Shown here one piece after another: positions 12,001-24,399 of a stretch of 64,000 bases of DNA; position 1 is the stretch's first letter, and each line of letters starts with the position of its first letter. This DNA is from Amoebophrya sp. A120 (taxonomy: Eukaryota; Protista; Dinoflagellata). Location of the stretch: contig CAJINV010000001.1 of the NCBI GenBank assembly GCA_905178155.1, positions 14,033,265-14,097,264 on the forward strand, given 5' to 3'. The notes below the pieces were generated by a model, which saw only the letters and a list, made by a program, of their open reading frames with translations, searched no databases and was not told the DNA's origin. The translations under genes and the position numbers were made by a program.

Positions 12001-15000
12001 CGGGCGCCCGGAGGGAAGACCGAGAGCATAAAGGGAGTGCGGACCACATACCGCCGCGCCCCCTCGGTAGTAGACGCGATGGAGCTGTAGTCGGCGGTGG
12101 CGTTTTCGATGTCGCTGAAATTGGTTGCGTTCGATGCGTTCAAGTTGTTGGTCTCTTCCATGGACAGCGGACTCGCTTCGATCGACGGGTAGTGGTCGCC
12201 GTTCCCCAGTGTGAGCTGCAGGGAAAGCCCCTTGGACTGTCCGTCCCCCAGCCCGAGCGCCGTCGCGATGCCCCGCTCCTTCGCCAACACGTAGAGCCGC
12301 TCTTGCTCCAAGGTCCTCGGAGTCACCAAATCGCTGTACGCGCCGCACGTCGGGTAGTCCTCTCGGCAGCGGTGGCAGTCGCGGATCCCCTTTCCGAGGT
12401 TGATCTTCGTCAGCGTCTCGATCGTGTCCACCGTGAAAACCAGCCGCTCCGCGGCACTGGTGGATACCTGCACTGCGTCCTCCAGAAAGAACTCCGCCGG
12501 GTAAAACGCGTTCGGCGCCGGCGGGAGTGCTTCCACTTCCTCGGCCTCGATGGTATTTCTCGCTAGGTGCAGGTACATTTGCCTTAAATCTCGTTTCTTT
12601 TGCTTTTCCATCTCGGAGAGCGTAACCGAGGTCATCCCGCGTTTTTCTTCCGCAAGCGATGCAGCTGCGTTGGAAGCCTCAAATGCCTCCGCATCCTCGT
12701 TGCGCTGGACTTGGTCCACAGCTTCGCTTTGCACCGAGCTGACGATTGGGTGCCCGTCCGCTTCCTCCAAGAAATTGTCGCCGGAGCCCTGTGCACTGTC
12801 CTGCACAAAATTGTTCTCTGCAGCTTCCATAACGCTCCTGTCCTCCATAATGACCCCTTTTGCGACCTTCCCGGCTTTTGTTCTCATTTGCATCAGAGCG
12901 AGTTTGTCAACTTTACGCGGCGCCGGAACAGGTGCGACAAAGTCCTTACTGGACAGTCTGTTACTTTTCTGCTTATTCTCCTGAAGGCGTTGTGAACTAC
13001 GAGTGCGAGCTATTTTGTGAACCCGATCCTCCCCTTCATCCAAATGCACCACGCGATCTGCCTTGGAGTCAAGCTGCAAAAACGCGCCATAGCGCTCGCG
13101 GGCGATCCGCATGGGATCCGCAACAAGCAACTCCGTGATGGTGACATTGGTCAGCTGCGATGCTAGCACCATCAGCTTCTGGGGGAAGGCCTTTCGTTTC
13201 AAGTAAAAGACCAGAATCCCCAACCCCACCCGTCCGCCGGGCGCGTTCCCGGCCACCATTTTCACGAGGCACCGCTGCTTCTTCCCGCACGCTTTCACCC
13301 GGCAACTTTTTTCCTCCACCGTGATGGAATCCGCACTCACTTTCGTCAGCAGCTGCGTCAGCCCCCCCTCCAACCCGGATTCCAGCCTGTTTGCCTGCCG
13401 CAGCGACGTGCGCTTGGAGTTTAGATCCGTGCCGTCCTCGGTGGCGTTCACCGATACCTCGTGCGTGACGTCGAAGTAAAGCGTCAAGTCCTGCGCACTG
13501 GCATCGGAAATCGCCAATTGCCACTGGATCAACGCGGACGCCTGCACCCACGTGTCATCCAAACCGAGTCCGTAGAGCGAATCGGACAACGCGGTAGTGA
13601 AATTGCTGAACACCTTCTGCCGCAGGATCTCCTCAATACTCGCGCTGGTCCCGTCCATACTGTTGGGCGAGATGGTCAAATTGTAGTCTATGATGAACTG
13701 GTCCTGCCACGCGCGATCCATCACTTGCAGTTCGATCCGCCCGAAAGCCACTTCCTTGTTCACCAGCTTTGACATGGTCTCGCGAAACGCCCCGATTTCC
13801 TGCGGAGTCAGTTTCACCTGCTGACTTTTCTCTGCCTCCGTCTCACCCATCAGGTTCTGCACGACACGAACGAGGTCGGACTCCTGTCGACGTTTTAGCG
13901 CTGCCGCGAGCTGTGCTTGACTTGTTGATCCTGAAGATCCGCCGTGCGCGGTCGCTTGCAACAGGCTCGTTGAGGTGTTGGTCCCGTTTGCGTAATTGGC
14001 GGCGTTTCGCTGCAAAACGACTAAACACCGCACGATCGTGGTCGCTGCGGGGGTGCTGAACGCCATCGGCGGGAGGCTCGTTTCGCTCAGGGTGACTCCC
14101 GGAAAACCGCCGTTGGCCAACGCTTCATTTGTGTAGTTCTCAATTGCGTCCGCGCTTTCGTTGTCGGTGTTCGTCAGAAACTGCTGCATGGTCTCCTCCG
14201 TGGTCGGATCGCCCTCCAAAGCGTCCAGAGGTTTGGACCAAGCGCGGTAGCGAAACACCGTGTAGAGCAGATTGTCGGCGGTGAGCCAGTAGTCAGCGAT
14301 GTCAATGTCCATACGCTCGATGTCCATCGCTTTCGCCATCCCGATGCGGCGCGCCAGCCGGTACGCGTAAGGTAGCGGATCGCCGGAGGTGAAGTTGACC
14401 TGTTGTGAATTATTCAGATTCGGATATGGAGCGAAAATCGGACCTGGCACCGTAATCTGTCATCATGCAGTGGAAAAAAATAGCAACCACGATGTGATGC
14501 AAAAAAGGCAATACCAGCTGAGTCTGCAGGAGTCAGATGCCGCACTCCTGTATTGCTTTTTTTGAATCACAGCCGCAGCCGCCTTCCACTGGTATAGCAT
14601 GAACAGCAGATCACGGGACCAGGACACGTTTCTGCCAGTGCGTAGAAGTGTGTGCTATCGTTTCGATTGAAGCATGTAGTTGTGAGATGTTGTAGTTGAA
14701 GAAGTTCTCGAGGTAGATCTTGTAGCAGATTATTGCCTTTTTCCACTTTGCTTCAAGCGGACTCGTTCGATGATGTGGGATATTCATTACTTGTGGTGAA
14801 GTGCACCTGCACGTGCAAGAATCAGCCGAAGCTGCGGAATAAAGGACTTCGTGTCCTCTGGGCACTGTGATCGAAAACCAAAATCCCGCCCCGTATGTAA
14901 AAATGTCGCACTACTTTAAAGAACCGATAGAGCAGCGAAACTTCTAAAGCTCTCGTACCGCTGGGTTTTCTTCCCGGTGAGCCACGCGTAGATAGTGCCA

Positions 15001-18000
15001 CTTCGCGTTGGGAGACTCGCGAGAAATCATCGGCGGCGGCCCGGGAATCTGCACCCCCGGTACCAACGTTGGGTCGTCGATTCGGAAATGGGTCCCCGTA
15101 TTGAAAAAGAGCGCCGTGCCATTCCCCGTTTTCAGCCCACCTTGGGACAGTCCGTTTCCCATGGAATTCGCGAAATTCGTAGCGTTGTTTGCAGTAGCCC
15201 CACTCTCGATCTCTGTTGTGCCACGAAGCAGCTCGCTCTCTGGCAGTGCAGCCGAGTCCGTCGCGATGCTTTCCGTCGAGAGTTTCCCGTTCTTTTGCAC
15301 CAGGTGCGGCCCTTTTTCGTCTTGGCGGACGAAGGACAGAGACGAAGAACTCTCGAAATCCGGGACGACCATCTTTTCGTTCTCAACATCTCCTCCCTCA
15401 TTGTCTTTTGACCCGACCTGGAGGAAGAACGGCGTGGTCGCAGCACTTTGCTTCGCCTGTGTCGCAAAGTAGTCAAAGATCGCCTGTGCGTAGGCGTTGG
15501 TCGACGCGCCGAATGTGAGGCCGACCGCGACGGAGTCCCCGGCGGCGCTGGCCTTGATGTCGTCCACACTGCAGAAGATCACCGGCAGATCCGCATCGTA
15601 CAGCGTGAGCACGATGGAGCGCTTGATGTACTCCTTGAAGATCGGGTCCGTCGCTGCGTTGGGCGGCACCGCCCCGCCGACTTTCAGTTCCGGGATCGTC
15701 ACCTGCACCTTCGCTTGGGTCTTCTGCGCCCCCGTCACCTCAATCATGTACGTGACCCGGCCGTCCGAGCACTGGACACTGAAGGAAGTCAGCCGCGTAC
15801 ACACCTCGCCCTTCTGGCAGGGACTGGGCTTGCAAATGTCCACGATGTAGTCCTCCGGCTCGTGCATGTGGTTCGGGTTGTACTGGTATGCAAGACAAAT
15901 TTCTCCCCGCACACGTACAAAATGCGTCACAAGTTTCGGCCTTGTTCTCATGCAGACTAGCATTCTTGAAAGCAGGGTCGCTCATGCAGAAACCGCATTT
16001 GCACCTGTGCGGGAAATTCCCTGTTGATAACTGGTTTTCCACTTTGGGATAAATCAAATCCGCGCCCGGCGTGTAGCGGAACGTCAGTTTGTCCCCGTTG
16101 GGAATGCCCGCGCCGGCGGTTGCGTTGAGCTGCCTCATCAACTCCTTCCCGAAGTCGCGTTGGAAGGTCTGCTGCTTCAGTTTCAGAGAAAGGCTCGCCG
16201 TCTCCACGCCGGGCAGCACGACCGTGACGAAGGTCTGCGACACCGTGCTCTGCGTGCCACTGGAAACCGGTTCGACGACGCTCTGGCCCATCTGCGCATT
16301 CACTTTCAACCGGTCGACGCCGAGCACGTTTGCCAAAGCGGCTTCCTTCAGCTGCAAATACGCCGGCTCTGTCTGCAAGACGTCGATCGGGGTGCCGAGT
16401 TCCGTCGTGTTCACGTCGAAAGACGCGTAGTTCTCGCCCGAGGGGAACACGTCGAAGTAAATCGCGTTGTCCCTCTGCGTCTTCTGAGCGACCTTGCTGG
16501 GTGTGGCCTTCGACCCGCCGGGCACGAGCTGTTTACTCCTCGTGGCTCCTCGGCGACTGATAACAGATCTCTTTTCTACTTCGTGCAGCTGCAAGAACAT
16601 GCCCATGTGCATGTTTTCGTCCTCCGGCAGTGCCGCATTTGCATCCGCTTCGGTTTGCGATGGCGACGAGTCTGATTGTTGCAATTCCAATTCACCGTTA
16701 TTTCCCCCGGACGATGACTTAGATTTCGATGTTGAAGCCTGCTGTTGCAGAAGACTGACCTGCTGCTGGTCCCCACTTTCTTCCTGTTCATTTTCCCCCT
16801 GCTCCTCTTCACCGCTCTGCTGCTCTCCGGTGAAGGTCGGATCCGTTTCTTCTTCGGCGGAGCTCCGAAACAGAAACGGCGTGGCTCCAGCCTGCGTTGC
16901 GGTTGCCGCGGCCGTCCCATTCGCACCTGGGGCTAGCACTGTGTTGTTGACCGGGAGAAAGTTCGACGCGTAGCTGTAGTTGTATGCCGGTTCTAGGGGA
17001 ACGAGGGTTACGGATTTCAGCGGGTTGGTCGTCGTGCACACGGTGGTGCCGTTCACGACCCAGGGATTGTCGCACGGGTACTCTTTCCAGTGGTCTTCCA
17101 GCACCGTCATCCAGTTGTCAAACATGTCCATGGAGACGCCGGCGCGGTGCCGGCGGAGCAGCACCTGCATGGGCAATTCGCGCATGTCGTAGGTGCCGAA
17201 TTTGCACTCCAACGCCGCCTCGTCCACCCCGTAGATCGGTACCTTTCCGATCAAGGTTTTGCTCAGCGAGCGACAGAGTCTCTCCTGTTCCAACGCGACG
17301 ACCTCATCTTTGAAGACGAGCAGCATCCGGACAAACACATCCCGCAGCGGCTCGTCGTAGATGATGGGCATGTCCAGACGTGACCCGGCCCAAAGGATCT
17401 CGGAGAGAGGCGGGAGTTGCACCTGCGATGCGTTCGCCGCGACAGTGGCGTTGGTTGCGGCTTGTGCGGCTACCTGCTGCATCTGTCCCTGCCCCGTGTT
17501 GGCCAAAACCGCACCGTTCCCGAACGCGTTCGGGTTGACGACGCCATTGGTGATCTTGTACCCCATGCTGTTCCACTGGCCCTGCACCGCCGGCATCACG
17601 GAAGATTGGTACTGCGCAATCTTCGCCGGCAGTGTCGTGTGCGCGTCGCTCGTGACTTTGTCGTGCGGGTTGCTCACCATCGTGGCAATCACGTTCGCTT
17701 TCTCTTCGTCCGTCCCGGGCAACTTGTGCGGCGGCTCCCCGGCGGGCATCACGCCGGTGATAACCTTCTCGTTCGTGATTGTGACCCCGTGTTTCACCGG
17801 GGTTGGCTCCTTCGCCTGCACCTTCTTCGTCTCGGCTTCCGCGTCGTCCTCGATGCGTTTCACGCTGTCCTGCAGCGCTACCCACAACGGGTTGCTGTCC
17901 TCCCCCTTGGCTGGGAGACTGGAGAGCAACTGCGGCCCGAAGCGGTACATGGACTGACGGAGCAGTTCTCGGATCGTCGCCGCGGACTGCAGCACTGACT

Positions 18001-21000
18001 GCCCCTCTTCCGAAGGCAAAACGTGGGTCGTGTAAAACACAGTGACGTTCATTATCCCGTACACCTTCGGCCCGTGGGGGACGGCGTAGAATCCGTTCGC
18101 CTTCCTGATGTCCACGGAGACCGGGTACTTCAGCAGCTCGCTCATCGCGTTCTCGTACGCGGGGATCAGTCTGTGGGACAACCGCAGAGGCTGCGTTTCG
18201 TACTTCTGAAACGGGAGCGCCATGGTGATCGCAAAAGTGAACTTCTGCGTCGGCATCTGCGTGACGACGAGATGCTCCACAATTTTCGTGTCGTTCAGCG
18301 GATTCAGGGCGGCTAAAACCTTCGCATCCACGCGGCACGTGGGCGACTCTTTCGTGCTGCAAGACCGCAACTTGGTACCGTCACCGCTCCCGCCCCGGTA
18401 GAGGCAGCAGGTGCCCTGCTGATCCGGCAGTAAACCGTTGGGGCGGTCGTACGCCCCGCACCCGGGGGTGAGGTCGCACCGCCAGGCACAGTCCTGCTCC
18501 GTGAAGATCTCCCCCTCGTCGACCAGGCAATCCGCAGGCTTCCCGGTTTTCTCCCACGCGGCACCGCCGTTGCACGCCCCCAGGCTGTCCATGTAGGTAC
18601 AGGCGAGCCGGGCGTGCAAGTACCCCACTTGCGTGCCGAACATGGTTGCGAGGTTCTTCAGGGCCTTCTCCACGTGCGGACTTTGCATCAACCGCTGGTG
18701 CAGGCGCGTCGTGGCGGACTCGCTGCTAAATTTGTGTTGCGCCGCCAGCTCCGTGTTCTTCTTCAGCGACAAACTGATGTCCAACCCGATCCGCGCGGTT
18801 CCCTCCTCCGGCGCTTGCGTCGCTTCAAATTCCTTCACGCCCATCTGCAACAAACTCGCGGCGCCAACAGAATGTGGCGATCTCTTCGAGGATTGATGTT
18901 GCGTATCTTCAGTAGCATACTTTTCGTGTTGAATCCAACGCGACACCTTGTGCGACTTGTCCACACTGCTTCTCCTCGACGAGACCCCATTTGTTTTGCT
19001 GGAACTTGCGTAATTCAGTTTCGGATTCGACATCTGATTCGCTTGGTAGTTGTAATCATCCTCCATTTCATCGGCCTCTTTCGCCAGATTGTCCTCTGTC
19101 GTTCCGACGAAGCTCACACTGGCGTGCAGGTTTTCCGCCTGGAAGGCCGTTTGCAGCAAGGATGCCGCTTGTTGTCCCTTCTCGTCGTGCGACTGCCCCC
19201 GTGCGACGCGCATCGGCACCGAGACCTGGTACAGCATCACCTTCGCGACGCACTGGAAGCCCTGGTAGGAGGAGGCATCCGGGTAGCACTGCTCGGTCGC
19301 GACGTCGCACGGGTCCGGGTCGCACACGTCGTCCGCCAAGCGGTTCGTGATCACGTCGTCCACACGGGAATCCAGCTCCAAAACCTCCCCGCGCGCGACC
19401 GTCACCCCGAAGATCAGGCGCTTATCCGGTTTTTTCCGCCGCTCGCGCAACTGGATCGCGGCCACGTTCAGCTTCATCTTCTTCGCGAGGGCTTCGCGGA
19501 TCATGTTATCGCTGGCGTCGAAGATGTCCGGCAGATCGTAGGGATCGGACACGATCAAGTCGTCGAGATTCAGCGACAGCAGGGCCAGCTGCGACCCAGG
19601 GGAGATCACCGCCTGCGCAAAGTAGTCCACGTAGTCAAGGCTCAGATCCACCGGGTGCTGGCACACCACGTACCCGCCCACGAAGCCCTTGCAGCGGCGC
19701 GGGGCCACGCAGGGATCCGGGTCGCACACGTCCTCCTCGGGCGCGACCGGCGCGTCGCTGTTGCACTGCATCTTGTACTCCACGTTGTCGTCCGGGAAGA
19801 GCAACGTCGTGTCGCTGTCCCGCTCCTCGCACGCATTGGTGAACCCGTTCAAGCACACGTCTTTGGGGAAGAGCGGCGGCTGCTCGTAGATCTCAGCAGG
19901 GCTGTACTCGATCTTCTCGTTCCACACCACACCTGGGGGATCAATGATCTTGCCGCGCTCTGTCACCGTGGTTCTGGTCATGTTCAGCACGTCATTCCGG
20001 TACAGCGTTCCCAGGGACCGGATCACCGCGGTCTCCATCTCCCGCCCCTTGCGCAACGTTTGCCAGAACCGGGAGGCGTTGTCCCGGGTGGGGAAATTCC
20101 GGACGTCGTACTTGACAGACACTTTGCCGTACCCGCCGTTCCCCCACGTGAACTTCGAGACGCCTTCCTTGCAGGGCGGGTCGGCGCACACGGTCAAATC
20201 GCCCGAGCATTCGACTTTGACCGACGCTCCGAGCCGCACTCCGAGCGCCTGGTCTTTGTAGACGGCCAGCAGATCCTCCAGCGCTTCCTCGAGTAGCTTC
20301 TGCAAAACCCGCTCGACACAGGGTGCGCCCTGGTTGAACAGCGGGACGAGCAGAAAGGTCGACTTTGCCTGAATCAAGTACCCCTCTACGTTCGCCCTCG
20401 GAAAGCAGTCGTTGCGAGTGCTGCCGCCGATCGGGTAGGCGCGGAGCGGTCCTCCCTGCGCGCCGCAGAAACACATCGACCGGTAGAACCCGTTGGTGGC
20501 CGGGTTCGTGCTGACGGCCTTGTCGCCCAGGTCCCAGGTGCGGTTTACTCCGATACGCAGATCCGTCGTGCTCATCACCGGAGTGCTGGTCGACTGCAGG
20601 GGCGCCGGCTGATCGACCTGGAGTAATGACAGGGCGAGCGAGTGCGTGCGCTCTGCGATGGATTTCCGATGCGCGCGCGGGACAAGGGAGCCTTGATGTG
20701 TCACCACCTGGTGCTCATCTTCCTGTTCTGATTTTGCAGCTCCAAGTGAGGAAGCCGCGGAAAAAGTAGAGCCTGCTGCTCCTGCATCTGACCTGTCATT
20801 CCCAGCGCTCGTTGACCCACCTCCTGAAGTTGTTACTCCCTGGAGCAAAGCGTAGAAATTCCGGTCGTGTAGTTCTGCTGTTCTCAGGTTTTGTTGCACC
20901 ACGTCGTCGTAGTGGATGGGAGTCGGACCTAGCGAAAGCCTCTCCGCGGCTTTTGTCAAACTGGAGGAGGGGTACATACGCAAATTCTGCCCGGAAAGTG

Positions 21001-23473
21001 ACGCTCCGCCGAACCGCCCGCTAATCGTCTGCTCGTCCGCCAAATCGAGTTCGCGCAGTTGCCGGATCGCATCTGCGCGCGCTCCCGTTTGCGTCAACGA
21101 AACGTACGAAGCGGCGGTGCTTTCAATGTCTTTTTTCGTCGGCGGCTTGGGCTTTTTCACGCAACTAACCCCCTGGAACTCCTGCGGGTTTACCTTCTTG
21201 CGGCACTCGCTCATTTTGCCATTGACGCACAAGTTCTTGCACTCCGGATCGGGACTGTTCACCGGAAAATCCCGACCGTTCGGACAGCGACACACCCCAC
21301 CGTACAGGTTCGTCAACTTTTTCACAAAGCCCTTCCCGACCGTGTCCGTTTCTGCGACGCGTGCCGGAAAGTCGTACCGCCGCTTCCGGGTCGGCAGCTC
21401 CTTCGCGCGCTCCGCAAACGGCGCGTACGTTGTCATGTCGTAGCCCGCGATGGTGTGCGAGTTCCACTGGCCCCGTGTGAGAATGTTCACCGTGTTCAGC
21501 ATCAAATACTTGAAATCGATCTGCGTCGTGGCGGTCGGCGGCTGCATCCCGCACTGCACCCGCTGGTAGGGCCGTACGGTCGGCTGGCCGAAATAGCAGG
21601 CCTTCACGTCGAAACTGCCCGAGATGCAGAGGTAGTTGGTGCTGAACTGCGTGCAGTCGGCGATGCTGGGCGATCCGACCTCGTAGTACCCGCCGTCGGC
21701 GCAGGTGCACACCCCGCCGTACATGTTGTCGAGCGCGTTCGCGAAGGGGGACACGACCACCAGGGTCCCCGGACTGGACGACGTCGGCACGATGGCCCGG
21801 CGCGGCGCGGGCACGTTCTTCGGCGCCTCGCAGATTTCCATTCCGTCGAAGGGGCAGGGTTCCCGCGGCGTGCCGGTCAAACACGTGCAGGTGTTTTGCC
21901 GAAACGTGATGTCGTCAGCGTCCAGTGTCAGCAGCAACGGCGCCGTGTCGTTCATCGTCTTGAAAAACGTGGACCCGCGGAGAGTGGACGGGAGGTTCAT
22001 TTGCAGCAGTTCAAACAGCGCTCCCGGTTCCCCGTCCACGCCGTTCCAATTGACCACCAAATTTGAAATCGTGGACGTGGCGGAGGTGTCGCGGGAAGTC
22101 GTCAACACCCGCCAGTCCGTGGAGCCGCTGGCTTTTGCCAGTGCGTCGAGCACCGACGCGTCGTAGGTCGCGTCGGGCGTAAAACCGGTGTCCGTCGAGA
22201 AGACGATGTCCCCCGCGGTGCCCTTCAAAATGTACACGGTTTCCGTCGCGACGGTTTGCTCCGAGAACAGCGAGCACACGTTCTGCGCGAACGCGCCGCC
22301 GATTTTCTTGCAGGTCGCCTCATCGTCCAAAGGGTCGGGGAGCTCCGGTCGGGTGCTGCACAGAGTAAAGGTCAAACCGGATTTCTGACGTAGCGGACAA
22401 GGAGGCGCTTGCTTCTGCTCTTGATGAGACTCAGCCTGCACCAACTGCTCCTCACTTAGCGCAGGCAGTTGCTTCTGCTCTTTTGCAGTGCCAGTGAGCT
22501 GTTCCTGTTCTTCCTTTTGCTGTCGTTCCGTCTCTAGCATTGTCGATGGCATGTTGAGGGAAGTGTCTCCCGGTGACCCTGCTGTTTCCTCGACATGACT
22601 CGCAGCCTCAGCCTCTTCAGCGCGTAGATCGGCATAAGTTTTCTCACGCCCGTAGGTGGTCTCGCCTCGCGCACTGGCTTGCTTCTGATCGGTGACCCAG
22701 CCTGCAACGGACTTGCTTTCTTCCAGCAGTGCCTCTTGCTCCTCTTCGAGATTCTGCAGATTTCCGCCCGCGTAAGTATCTCCCGAAGGCGGTTCATCTT
22801 CTATTCGGTGAGCTTCCGGCAGCGCTACGTCAGGAAGAGTCGTCGCTTCCTGAGATTTACTTCGAGCTTGTGCCTGGACAACGGTCGGCGCTGCCGCAGT
22901 TGCAGTTGAAGGAGAAGCGGCTTCGGCTTCCTTGACTGCCACAGGACTTGATGTAGCAACATCTCCTGCAAGCGGACGCGCCTGTGCTACATCTGTGCTG
23001 GTTGAAGATGGTGGTATGATCTCGGCCGCCACTGTGGTCCCCTGTTGGTCGGATGTTGGAGAACCGCTGTCACTAATTTTGTGTTTTCGGTGCCTTTCCT
23101 TTTCCGCTTCTTGCGCAATCTCGTGCAATTTCGCAGCCGACACCTTTTCCTCGTTCAGCTCCCTCTGCAGCGTGACATCTTTCGCCGCTGCCTGCTTCTC
23201 CGGGTCGTGATCTGGCCTCTGGCTTGCGTCCGCCAGAAAATCGCTCGGATGCAAGTCATTGTCATCCTTTAGCTTCTCAGACGCGTGTCTCAAATAATTC
23301 GCGAGATCTTTTCCTTGCAACCCCACCTTTCGCGACACGCGCGAAAGCAGTTCCGCGAGTCTCGCATTCTTCCGTGCGCTGCGGCCAGGATCCATCGAAA
23401 CTGGCCCGCCAGTCGCAACGCTGAGGAGCCCCAGGGCGGCATACCGCCGACAGTACCCCGGCTTTCGTCTCAT
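1..23473 (-). CDS. Giant multi-exon secreted/surface Cys-rich protein (CxxCPxG furin-like/GCC2-GCC3-type repeats, EGF-like and PAN/Apple-like modules); 3' end lies outside the window
   Basis: Likely ATG at 23473 (MRRKPGYCRRYAALGLLSVATGG, signal-peptide-like). ORFs 15740-23617, 14944-15963, 11694-14450, 9737-11521, 8488-9603, 6091-8346, 4630-5826, 4071-4652 and an unbroken frame from 4025 to 1 join in phase across short AT-richer introns, most with GT-AG options (e.g. 11615-11759, 9579-9768, ~8390-8502, ~5878-6096, ~4660-4762, ~4027-4200). Dozens of C-x2-C-P-x-G units; CAWRCDLTPGCGAYD...CCLY is Apple-like. Junctions near 14460-14960 and 15890-15960 are ambiguous, so a two-gene model is not excluded. 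Confidence 0.75.
6305..6480 (-). repeat. Coding 30-bp tandem repeat (~6 copies, decapeptide ATLTTDASA[T/N][K/R])
   Basis: Repeated gcgctcgcgtctgtagtcaaagtagcc on the + strand; translated in ORF 6091-8346. Confidence 0.85.
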
Positions 23474-24399
23474 TCTCAGAAGAATGGATCTTTGTGACGG
23501 GCGCAGGCACTCAACATCATGCGTCAGAGAAGTCCAGTCTCTGTGGATACGCCGGACTTCTTCTTTTTGCCCACGATTCTCGGGTGGGCTCCAAAAATAC
23601 TGCCTGAATTCTTGCAAAGTGTAAAGATCATCATGGACACATGGTACTTAGTCTGTCGCACACACTCAGCACATGCCATCACACAACGCACCCAACCTTT
23701 ATCCCACGCGCGGACATGGAGGTGCCAGCCTCTTTCTTTCTTCGCCTCTCTCACTCTTCTGTTCCTGAAAGCAACTTGAGATTATGTTGATTATTTTCGC
23801 CCTATTTTGAAGCAGCAGCGTAACAGCCGTAGGTATCCATCTCGCTCTCGATGCTGTTAGCTGCCTTGATTGAAAGGAAAAACTAGCCCTGTTCCTCACT
23901 CCTGATGCACCACTGCACTCCTGCAATCTTTGCAAACACAGGCGCAAGATTCCGGTCGGCGAGCAGCCCTGAGTCGTGTGAGACAGGGTGGAAACATGCA
24001 ATATCGTTGTTGCGGCTGCAGAGAACGACGAATTCGGAAGAGAGACAACATAACCAGAAGCGTGGAAGAAGCAAAAAATCAAAAACAACATCAAACGGTG
24101 GATAGAGAAACGGTTAAATTTGAAGAGCGAGGAGCGACTGCTTTTCGTCTGCGTCATCATCGTGGCATTTGTACATACAGAGTATCCGACGTATTTATTA
24201 CTGCTCCGAATCAAAGTCGGCGAAAAACTAAGAAAAAGTCGAAAAACGACATGGAAAAAGCACCAACCTCTTACTCTTTGCTTGTGTTCATTTTTTTATC
24301 TGTAGAAATCCAAATGCTGGTGAGGAGAAAGAAGTTTTAACATAGTCGATCAGGTGCAGGAGGAGGATATACTGCCACGTATACCTTCTACGTTCAAAT

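Noticed and set aside
6091-15742. TGA-ended ORFs of the giant gene as additional Sec or readthrough sites
   Set aside because: These stops fall inside introns or off-frame after in-phase splice donors, and no SECIS was seen.
15882-15965. Short intron beginning tatgcaag as a sixth TAT/5-bp-TSD introner
   Set aside because: The candidate TSD (actgg/actag) is mismatched and out of phase, the right terminus is not ATA, and an in-frame GC-AG solution exists.
18-23500. Long plus-strand ORFs (e.g. 18-1100, 1476-2564, 18614-20296)
   Set aside because: Antisense or off-frame shadows of GC-rich minus-strand exons with no recognisable motifs.
23473-23617. ORF-track start (MQEFRQ...) for the giant protein
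   Set aside because: It uses a TTG start; the ATG at 23473 precedes a signal-peptide-like stretch and is more plausible.
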